Source of the DNA: Octopus sinensis
Lineage: Eukaryota
Direction of reading: 5' to 3'
Assembly: GCF_006345805.1 (NCBI RefSeq)
Contig: NC_042997.1
Location: 45,694,001 to 45,758,000, forward strand
DNA: 64,000 nucleotides
Shown here: positions 53,502-64,000 of the stretch, one piece after another
How positions within the stretch are numbered: position 1 is the first letter of the stretch
How the letters are laid out: every line of letters starts with the position of its first letter
Program-made: the position numbers and the translations under genes
Notes under the pieces: model-generated
The model's database searches: none
The model's input: the letters and a program-made list of their open reading frames with translations, nothing else
What the model was told of the DNA's origin: nothing

Positions 53502-53905
53502 AAGGCGGCGAGTTAGCAGGATCGTTAGCACGCTGGACGAAATGTTTAGCGGTATTTCATCTGCCGCTACGTTCTGAGTTCAAATTCCGCCGAGGTCGAC
53601 TTTGCCTTTCATCCTTTTGGAGTCGATTAAATAAGTACCAGTTACGCACTAGGGTCGATATAATCAACTTAATCCGTTTGTCTGTCCTTGTTTGCCCCAT
53701 CTGTGTTTAGCCTCTTGTGAGTAGTAGAGAAATAGGTATTTCGCCCGTCGCTAAGTTCTAAGTTCAAATTCCGCCGATGTCGACTTTGCCTTTCATCCTT
53801 TCGGGGTTGATAAATTAAGTACCAGTGAAACATTGGGGTCGATATAATCGACTAGTCCCCATCTCACAAATTTGAGGCCTTGTGCCTCTTGTAGAAAGGA
53901 TTGTT
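53502..53905 (+). mobile_element. SINE family C with a duplicated internal unit
   Basis: Two copies of gttcaaattccgccga...gtcgactttgcctttcatcc. Confidence 0.88.
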
Positions 53906-53912
53906 AATATAT

Positions 53913-53979
<67 letters not shown>

Positions 53980-54500
53980 GCAGATGCCCACTCATATATA
54001 TTCACTGTGATTTCGCATCGGCAACACCATTTACAAAGCAACAGAAAGTCGACGATATAGCATGTAAGTACTATCAATGTCCACCACAGAGGTAGTAACG
54101 ATAAAGTCTGTAAGACTTATGTCTACCCTCCTTCCCAATCTCACAGAATACATTAAAAAGAAATTTCGAATCTGACGCAAAAAATTTATAAATCATTTAG
54201 TATACTATGTACGCTGTCAGAAACACTTTATGGAACTAAAACAGTTTATCATCACGCACGGCATTCACTCATCAATAAGTTGGTAAATGTTTTTTTTTTA
54301 ACTAACTCAACACAGAACAGCCAATATTTCAAATTAAACTCAGATCAGATTCAATACAGCCCACCACAATGGAGGTGGCCGTATATCATTCATAATACTT
54401 TGCGTTCAGTACTTTCATAAATATCACAAATGACATTGATAAACTAATAAGCGGCGACAATATATTAAAAGTTCAGGCTGTTTTAATTAATTCTAACCAC

Positions 54501-54661
54501 AGGCGCAGGAGTGGCTGTCTGGTAAGTAGATTGCTTACGAACCCCATGTTTCCGGGCAAGTGTCTTCTATTGTAGCATCGGGCCTAGCAAAGCCTTGTGA
54601 GTGGATTTGTTAGACGGAAACTGAAAGAAGCCCGTCGTACATATGTGTATATATATATATA

Positions 54662-54728
<67 letters not shown>

Positions 54729-54938
54729 TGTGTCTCTGTGTTTGTCCCCGCAACATCGCTTGACAACCGATGCTGGTGTGTTTACGTCCCCGTAACTTAG
54801 CAGTTCGGCAAAAGAAACCGATAGAATAAGTACTAGGCTTCCAAAGAATAAGTCCTGGGGTCGATTTGCTGGACTAAAGGCGGTGCTCCAGCATGGCCAC
54901 AGTCAAACAACTGAAACAAGTAAAAGAGTAAAAGAGTA
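54501..54938 (+). mobile_element. SINE family A
   Basis: aggcgcaggagtgg...gaaacaagtaaaagagtaaaagagta. Confidence 0.92.
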
Positions 54939-55647
54939 CATGAAGCATATAGTAAACATATTTATATCTGAACCGATCTCACCAATCGTTCCATAAGGTT
55001 ACACATCCTAATCTACAACACTGTAACACTCTCACAAAAGCAATCGTCGAGGGAAGCTTCAATGCACCAAACGACGCCTCTTGATTTTGAAATAGTACGG
55101 ATAATAGAAGTCATATGCTAGCATCAAACAAAACTCTCTCTCCATGCTAAGCATCTCAGCCCCAAGACATTCATACCTCACTAAGGCAATTACAAGATAC
55201 TTCCACACATCCTAGCTACCAAAACCATTTGTCAAACCATTCTTCAATTTCCTCAGATCACCTGCTAACTTGCATCACAGCACACTAACACAACAATATG
55301 GTAAGTGATATCTCTTTGAAAAATATATAAGAAAACGTTGTCCAGAAGAAATACGTCCCACCAGGAAACAGAATCAAGATTTTTCAAAATTCATTAATAA
55401 TGCAACATTTGGCATAGACTCCGCGGTAAACACATTCAACAAAATGATTACTGAGTCACACAAACAAAGAAAAAAAAACATATCCTCTAAGTTCAAAGTT
55501 TTAAGTCACCAAATACACGTGAAGGAAAGCTTTCCCCATGAAACCCCAAAACAACATCAAACACAATGCATAGTACTATACACAACCGAAATAAGGCTTA
55601 GTCTCAGACAACTAAGCAAGGGAATTACATTAAATGATATATAAATA

Positions 55648-56167
55648 CCGTAAATCCTCGAGTATAATCCGCATTTCCCACCAAAATTTAAAGGTCAAAA
55701 TCCCTAGTACGTACTATATACGAGGTTAAAAATGAAAAATATTTTCTAAGCAACGTCCAAGTCTCTATTTGCTTTCCGGCAATGTTTATTCAGGCGCATT
55801 TTGTGATGTCGGGTGCGAAAATACCTTTAGCTAAACCTGAAAGCAATGAAGTCATAAAAGAATCATCCATAACTTGCAATAAGCAACATTTATTAAACGT
55901 TATTACTGTTATTACTGTTATTTCTTTATTTTCTGCAAATAAAATGCACAAAAAAGCTACACGTTTGCATTATGTTATATATACAATAATAATAAAGGAC
56001 GTTACCGTATACGTTTTTACAAACCAAGGACGTCAGATAGACCTCCTTGACTCAAGTTAGAGAAGGGGTGCGTATTATACACAAGGTTTAGGTTTTTCAG
56101 AGGTACAGCCCCCTAAAAATCCCCTGCGTATTATACTGAAGGGCGGACTATACTCGAGGATTTACGG
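55648..56167. mobile_element. MITE of the Tc1/mariner-pogo type
   Basis: TIR ccgtaaatcctcgagtata(a/g)tccgc at both ends, TA TSD, and subterminal gcgtattatac repeats. Confidence 0.88.
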
Positions 56168-56279
56168 TAAACTATAGAAAATCAGAGAACTAGAAAGCAT
56201 TTGTAGCAATTAGAATTCACTAAACACCGAAGCAGTAAACGACTTCGACAATAGCTTCACGAGACAATTCATATCGAAA

Positions 56280-57030
56280 AACCATCAATTTTGAGGGGAG
56301 GGGGAATCAATTTCCTCGTTTCAGTGTTTAACAGGTGTTTTATTTTATCAGCCTCGAAAGTCTAAACGGTAAAGTTGACCACAGTAGAATTTGAACTCAG
56401 AACGTAAAGATCCGGATGAAATACCACTAAGCAATTTTCTTGACTTGCTGACGATTCTGCTGGCCCACCATCCCGCAACAACATCATATATATTCTTTTC
56501 TACACTAGATACAAGGCCCGAAATGTTTTGGAAGGGGGTCAGTCGATTAGATCGACCCCAGTACGACCCTGAAAGGATGAAAGGCAAAGTCGACCTCGGC
56601 GGAATTTGAACTCAGAACGTAGCGGCAGACGAAATACCTATTTCTTTACTACCCACAAGGGGCTAAACACAGAGGACAAACAAGGACAGACAAACGGATT
56701 AGGTCGATTATATCGACTCCAGTGCGTAACTGGTACATATTTAATCGACCCCGAAAGGATGAAAGGCAAAGTCGACCTCGGCGGAATTTGAACTCAAAAC
56801 GTAAAGACAGGCGAAATACCTATTTCTTTACTACCCACAAGGGGCTAAACACAGAGGAGACAAACAAGGACAGACAGACGAATTAAGTCGATTATATCGA
56901 CCCCAGTGCGTAACTGGTACGTAATTTATCGACCCCGAAATGATGAAAGGCAAAGTCGACCTCGGCAGAATTTGAACTCAGAACGTAAAGCCAGGCGAAA
57001 TACTAAGCATTTCGCCCGGCGTGCTGACAA
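56280..57030 (-). mobile_element. SINE family C tandem array (~183-bp unit)
   Basis: gatgaaaggcaaagtcgacctcgg recurs near 56576, 56758 and 56942. Confidence 0.88.
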
Positions 57031-57519
57031 TATCATATATATTGTCCACATTACAACACCAAGTAAGCGCGCTTGTAACACACTTCTAGCAAATCTCTCC
57101 CGAAAATCTAAAAGAACACACACTACGAAGATGAATACAAAATAAAAAAACATATACATTCCATCTAGCCTATGATATTTCACCACTTCTTTCTATTAGC
57201 CCAAAGAAATAGGAAAATTTAAAACCTAAAAAGCCTCAGGACCAGAGAAAATCACAAGCATCCACCTAAAACATCTACGATTTGAATATCTACAACTACG
57301 TGTAACAAACACTGTTAAATTCTCAAAATCTGGAACCTGGGCAAAATAATAACAACCTATGAAAAGCTCAGCATCATACAGACCCATCAACTTCCTATGT
57401 ACACATTTAACTTTTCTAGAAGGGCTGATCCTTGATATCAAGAACCTAAGTTATCCTCTTCAAATCCCATCACCCTACTGACGAACCTATCACAGAGAAT
57501 ACATAATAGCTTAACAAAG

Positions 57520-57737
57520 TATTGGTTTCAAATTTTGGCACAAGGTCAATAAGTTCGGGTGAAGGGGCTAAGTCGATTACATCGATCCCAGTATTCAACT
57601 GGTACTTATTTTAACGAACCCAATAAAATGAAAGACAAAGTCGATTTCGGCAGAGTTTGAACTCAGAACGTGAAGGCGTACAAAATACCGGTAGGCATTT
57701 CGCCCGATGCTCCAACCATTTCCAGCTTGCTGCCTTA
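57520..57737 (-). mobile_element. SINE family C
   Basis: Diverged full copy. Confidence 0.78.
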
Positions 57738-59266
57738 TAGCTTAACAAAATATTAACTATCATCGATATCCGAAAAAATTCCGATTCCATTTCACGCTAT
57801 GTACTTAAGCAAAACATATTTGACACAACCATAAAAAACATCACAAGCCAATGTTATTTACAAGAACAACTCTTTCAGAATTTGCAATTTATCGAATAGA
57901 ATACAAAAGGGATCTATCATCTTATCCATTCTCTTTTCAAGTTCTTTCCAATACATAATACAAATATATACACATGGCGTCGTACTTATATATTCTGCCT
58001 ACTGCTTGATAAATCTTTTCGAAATTTTGCTCCACAACGACAGAATTAAACAAAAATAGTATACAAACAATACCTTAGATACATCATCGTCCCCAAATTC
58101 CGCACAAGAAACCAGAAGAAACTACAAAATGTACAAAACAATGAGCTATTTATCATCTCAGGTTATATGCACAAACCACAGCGAACATTTTACAAATGGA
58201 AAAAAGTGGGGCACAATTTGTTGGCGCAGTAACAATACTCACAATCGTCGTCATTGCATGCAAAAACCCCTTCCAAAAACATAGACACATATATAGCACC
58301 CTAGAACACCAATATAACGGTATACGAAAAGCACACTATCTTTCCCACTTGTAAAAATAATTTCAATATTTCGAGCATCACGTCACTCGTCTCAAATATT
58401 GTACAGAGATGTATACCATTGACAAGTAGACAGAAACAGCAATAGTTGTGTTGTATTCGGGTTTACCTTGTATGTCTCCATTGTAGCTACCACGAGAATC
58501 TGCTGACATATGATGGATTGCGGGAAGAGTTTTTATCCCAAAACATCTCGCTGTGATTTTTATCAGATTGTGTGGGATGACCCTCAACTATCATCTAGAT
58601 GGAGATGCAGTACATCTTGGACTATGGATCCGCGGCTTGCGATTTACTGTTGGGTTGGAGTTTACTGCATGTATCTGTTTGATCAGAACTGGCTTAGACT
58701 CTCTCTCTCTCTCTCTTACACACGCAATTTCTTTAATACCCAGGACGAGCTGACAAAGATAAGAAACATAAAACACATTGGGGACATAAAACGCCCCCCC
58801 CCAAAAAAAAAGACAAAAAACGTATGATAAAAATGAGAGGGTGAAAAATGAAAGATGAAAGTGATGTTACCCGTCCCATTGGATAACATCACTTACCTGT
58901 CCTCTTATCCTATGTCCTCCTCTTACAGTATTTCAGAACATTATGTAGTCCTCTAGTTTCACCCCATACCGCTTCTCAAGTTCATATCTCTTGTCAGAGT
59001 TTATACTCTTCCTTACTAACATATAAACGTTGTTAAGTTCTTTTCCAAGTTCTTTTACTTGGTTTCTTGTTAATAATACTTCCGTACGCCCATCCTCATC
59101 CCAGCGGTCTGTAATTGAACCTTTCCCCAATCCTTCAATATTTCAAATAAATCCTACAAATAAATCTGAGGGACGGGAATCCTGTATGTCTGTTTTCTGT
59201 TTTCTTGTTGGAGGGGAGTGGGTATGTTTAGTGTCTGCAGAGGAAGGCTGGGGCGAAGAGGGTGGA

Positions 59267-59302
<36 letters not shown>

Positions 59303-60610
59303 CCACACACACCTAGAATGTGACGAGCCAACAAGAGAGCCTTTATGGGATCATCCATCCCACTAGAGAAAGTAACCAAATATTTAAATCGCACAATTCC
59401 ATGTTAAAAACGAACGGATATATTAGACAATGTGGTCATATATATATATGTATATATATATATATACTGTGTCTGAACAAAAGACGAGACGGCAATGGCT
59501 GTTATGCATTAACTCAAACCGAGTTAACCTTTACGTCGTCATTTTAACGAGTCTTTGGGCATAAAGAACACAATAGACAAGTTTTCCAGTACTCCTCCTC
59601 AGTCTAGAATCTCCAGTGTCCTGGTTGAATATTGTATGTTTTCCCTCTATTGGTTATGATTTCAAGTTTCTCTCATTAGTAACGTATATAATATGATCAA
59701 GCACACCAATGATCGAAGGTCTTGCAACCTTGAACATACAAATGTACTTGAGTGTACCTCTGACTCTAACGTTCACAATTTTTCTCTTTTTTTTTAAAGA
59801 CGATTGGATGTGATTTGAGGACGATTAGGCTGTTATTTTTGCTAGGTTGGGTGGCTGCAGAAAGGCTTTTTCTTTGGTTGTTTACGGATTACATGCGTTA
59901 GTTTCTGCATAAAGTAAAAGAAAAAAAAAGCGAAACAAAACAGACGGAATTTGTAAAGACTCCAGTATGTTCAGACTACAATATAACAATACTGCCTTCA
60001 CTCCCAATATAAGATTAACCATTGCATGATGGGATTAGCAATGATTAATTACAATCAATATCTACGCAGTTGTTCAGCTTGCAGGAAAGAACGACGAAAT
60101 ACGCTTCCCATTACACATTATTGTCGTAAAAAGAGAAACTACGCAGACATTGTAATCATAGGTAGAGAAAAGTAGGGAGTGCTCAAGGATGAAACTCCTT
60201 TGATCATAGAACTGCTTTTTCATTTCACACATGGCGCTAACAACAGGAGCCTTTAATCATAAAGGGAAACCAGAACCCATATAGAATAATATGTTTAAAG
60301 GGAACACTAGGGACTCTAGACTGAGGTACTAGAAAAGGCTTTCAGCTGTCTACTTCATGCACAAAGACATAGGTGAACATAGCACGTTATGATAACAAAG
60401 CTCTCACTGATTACGCAATTCTCTAACTCATTATAGTGGAGTGTTATACAAAACTCTATACTCCAGTTAGGTACAGGTATGATGGGTCTTTAGCAAGAAA
60501 TCCTGTAAGGTGCAAGGGATTTTTTGCCCTGGCCATAACTAAAGATTTCTATTACGACTGACGGATGCCAAGATAGATTCAGGTTTATTAAAGCGTGAAG
60601 CATTTTTTAC

Positions 60611-60983
60611 ATAACCCGTAAGGACACGGTATTTCGTAAGGCAACCATAATATACTACAAAGAATATTAAACGTTTTTACATGTCAGTACCGTGTCCAAC
60701 GGTGATTGTACAGTTACATCCTGAAATATGGCATAAACACCTATTACCCATTTTTCATCTTCAATCTCATTGTTTGTTTACATCATGTGTCTCACAGAAG
60801 AAACATCGTAACAAAATCAATGCTGGCTATAACTCCTATAGAAAATCTATCAAGATAACCTTAACAAGTGATGTAAAGTGCACAGCTAACACAGTAGAAC
60901 ACGGTGTTGACTAATAAAAACGTTTAATATACTTTGTAGCAGATTATGATTGCATGACGAAATACCGTGTTCCTGCAAGTTAT
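60611..60983. mobile_element. MITE/foldback with ~90-bp imperfect inverted arms
   Basis: ggacacggtatttcgtaaggcaaccataatatactacaaagaatattaaacgttttta versus taaaaacgtttaatatactttgtagcagattatgattgcatgacgaaataccgtgttc. Confidence 0.7.
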
Positions 60984-61001
60984 TAATATTTATGTACCCG
61001 T

Positions 61002-61780
61002 AAAGTGGCGAGCTGGCAGAATCGTTAGCACGCCGGGCGAAATGCTCAGCGGTATTTCGCCTGCTGCTATGTTCTGAGTTCAAATTCCTTCGGGGTCGAT
61101 AAATTAAGTACCAGTTACGCACTGGGGTCGATAAAATCGACTTAATCCCTCTGTCTGTCCTTGTTTTTCCCTACTGTGTTTAGCCCCTTGTGGGTAGTAG
61201 AGAAATAGGTATTTCGTCTGCCGCTACGTTCTGAGTTCAAATTCCGTCGAGGTCGACTTTGCCTTTCATCCTTTCGGGGTCGATTAAATAAGTACCAGTT
61301 ACGCACTGGCGTCGATATAATCGTCTTAATTTGTTTGTCTGTCCTTGTTTGTCTCCTCTGTGTTTAGCCCCTTGTGGGTAGTAAAGAAATAGGTATTTCG
61401 TCTGTCTATACGTTCTGAGTTCAAATTCCGCCGATGTCGACTTTACCATTCATCCTTTCAGGGTCGATAAATTAAGTATCAGAATCGTACTGGGGTCGAT
61501 CTAATCGACTGGCCCCCTTCCCCAAAATTTCGGGCCTTGTGCCTAGAGTAGAAAAGATTCATAAGGCGGCGAGTTGGCAGGAACGTTAGCACGCCGGGTG
61601 AAATGCTTGGCAATATCTCTTCTGTCTTGACGTTCTGAATTCAAATTCCACCGCGGTCGACGTTGCCTTTCATCCTTTCGACGTCGATAAATTAAGTACC
61701 AGTTACGCACTGGTGTCTATCTAATCGACTGGCTCCCTCCCCCAAAATTTCGGGCCTTGTGCCTTGAGCAGCAAAGAATA
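61002..61780 (+). mobile_element. SINE family C array plus an adjacent second copy
   Basis: Repeated internal unit, with a second head at 61563. Confidence 0.88.
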
Positions 61781-62868
61781 TTTACGTACCAGCTTCCAAT
61801 ATGTAGAATTAGTATATCCAATAACGTTACATCGCTATATTTAGTGGCCATTTAATCAATGTGTTCATGGATGATTAATGGGTTGGATGTGTGCTAATGA
61901 AGAAGCATAACATCCTGAAATATCTCATATATGCTCATTACCCACTTTTCATCTTCGATCTTATAATCTCATTGTTTCCATTATGCGTCTCGGATATGAA
62001 ACGTTGTAAGAAAATCGGTGTTGGCTATAATTTCTATGAAAATTCTGCAGAGATAACCTTAACAAGTGATGTTTTTAAATATCGTCAGGCTATCGTATAC
62101 CTTGGCCAAATTTCTGTCATGTTCTACAGCAGATACAAAATGGAAAAGAACATATGGTGCAGGTTTTTAGTTCAGGCATGCTGCAACTATTTTCTTGCGC
62201 TGTTGCACAAGACGTAAAACTTCGATGTTGGTAGTATATTTATCGTATAGGAATGTTACTTGAGGTAAAGTACGACTTCATCTCAGAACAGGTATTTCCC
62301 TCCATTCTGTTTTCAGACTAAAGTTAATCAATGATCTTATGAATGTCCTGGTAAAAAATCGAAGTTCTAAGAGACATTCACCTTTGTCCTTTAATGAAAG
62401 CATGTTTTTTGGCGTCGAGGTTATTGTACGGTGTAGATTAAGTGCAAAGTTCGTAGGATGCTTTAGCCTTCTAGAAAAATGACATTAATACCAGTAAATA
62501 TCTGATATATATATACTTAAGAAAAGGAAGCTACACGAATTAAGATTATTCAAAAATTATGTCTGGTTCATTATTTGGCCTGGAGGGAAAGAAAATTTAC
62601 ATACATATATTCAGTTATGGCTTCTTTGATTTTGGAGAAGACGGAATTCTGTAGGTGATGAGAAGACACTACTGAATACATACCCACTTATTACCGTTTC
62701 TTTCTCAGAAATAGTAGAATATGCATTCTGAGTTCAAGTTCTAAAGAGATAGGTTTCATGTTTCACGTTCAATAAAAGAAGAACCAGTCAAGTACCGTTA
62801 ACTACATCGCTTACATATAGTTTCGACATTTTGTAAATGTAAAAAAAAAACAAAACAAACAACAACCA

Positions 62869-63047
62869 AGGCGCAGGAGTGGCTGTGTGGTAAGTAGCTT
62901 GCTAACCAACCACATGGTTCCGGGTTCAGTCCCACTGTGTGGCACCTTGGGCAAGTGTCTTCTACTATAGCCTCGGGCCGACCAAAGCCTTCTGGGTTGA
63001 TTTGGTAGACGGAAACTGAAAGAAGACCGTCGTATATATGTATATAT

Positions 63048-63092
<45 letters not shown>

Positions 63093-63302
63093 CCTGTGTG
63101 TTTGTGTGTCTGTGTTTGTCCCCCTAACATTGCTTGACAACCGATGCTGGTGTGTTTATGTCCCCGTTACTTAGCGGTTCGGCAAAAGAGAACGGTAGAA
63201 TAAGTACTGGGCTTACAAAAGAATAAGTCCCGGGGTCGAGTTGCTCGATTAAAGGCAGTGCTCCAGCATGGCCGCAGTCAAATGACTGAAACAAGTAAAA
63301 GA
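62869..63302 (+). mobile_element. SINE family A, full length
   Basis: ggcgcaggagtggctgtgtggtaag, B-box ggttcagtcc and the tail. Confidence 0.92.
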
Positions 63303-63496
63303 AAAAAAAGAAAGAAAACCTCTTTCTGTTTATTTTAGTGATTCGGGCAAGATAGAAACCTAAGCGATTCTTGACGTGATATGAACTCGGATCCGCGATT
63401 AATTAAACTAATTACTGTAATTCATTTAACTATTTCGTCACAGCCCAGGCATTCTCCATTACGACAGTTAATTAGTGGCATCATTACTCATTTACT

Positions 63497-64000
63497 AAGG
63501 CAGAAACGTTAGCACGCCGGACGAAATGTGTAGCCGTAGTTCGTCTGCCGTTACGTTGTGAGTTCAAATTCGGCCGAGGTCGACTTTGCCTTTCATGCTT
63601 TTGGGGTCGATAAATTAAGTACCAGTTACGCACTGGGGTAGATGTAATCGGCTTAATCCGTTTGTCTGTCCTTGTTTGCCCCCTTTATGTTTAGCCCCTT
63701 GTGGGTAGTAACGAAACGGGCATTTCATCCGTCTTTATGTTCTGAGTTCAAATTCCGCTGAGGTCAACTTTGTCTTTCATGCTTTCGGGGTCGATAAATT
63801 AAGTACCAGTTACGCACTGGGGTCGATGTAATCGACTTAATCCGTTTGTCTGTCTTTGTTTGCCCCCTCTATGTTTAGCCCCTTGTGGGTAGTAAAGAAA
63901 CAGGCATTTCATCCGTCTTTATGTTCTGAGTTCAAATTCCGCCGAGGTCAACTTTGTCTTTCATCCTTTCGGGGCCGATAAAATAAGTACCAGTTGAGCA
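63497..64000 (+). mobile_element. SINE family C tandem array running off the window
   Basis: gagttcaaatt recurs with a ~184-bp period. Confidence 0.88.

Larger units (their letters stand above)
54960..58330 (+). mobile_element. Highly decayed I/Jockey-group LINE ORF2 interrupted by a MITE and SINE C arrays
   Basis: KASGPEKIT..HLKHL (~57230), SYRPINFLC (~57373), IDIRKNSDSI (~57760, similar to IDISKAFD) and IQKGSII (~57900, similar to VPQGS). Confidence 0.55.

Noticed and set aside
56280-64000. Regularly spaced repeats resembling a CRISPR array
   Set aside because: Whole units repeat with no unique spacers, they are SINE-derived, and the context is eukaryotic with no cas genes.

Overview
AT-rich animal genomic DNA made up almost entirely of repeats. 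It is most likely an octopus/coleoid cephalopod, inferred from tRNA-derived SINE families resembling the Octopus OK/OR and Nin/Deu-domain SINEs and from very large (TA)n/(TACA)n tracts. I found no intact host protein-coding gene, and nearly all listed ORFs are microsatellite or SINE read-throughs. The window holds three SINE families (about 30 copies, some in ~183-bp tandem arrays), decayed LINEs (CR1-like, RTE, R4/Dong-like, I/Jockey-like), Penelope-like element (PLE) fragments, a truncated maT/DD37D transposon, MITEs and non-autonomous Helitrons. The main unannotated signal is about ten minimal type-I hammerhead ribozyme (HHR) motifs, found by eye on both strands in mostly unrelated short elements next to (TA)n tracts. 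Several have intact cores with palindromic stem III, and others have core variants. Also notable are two near-perfect local inverted duplications (one carrying a pre-miRNA-sized hairpin) and a SINE-LINE shared 3' tail with a compensatory stem change. All coordinates were read by hand and element boundaries are approximate.
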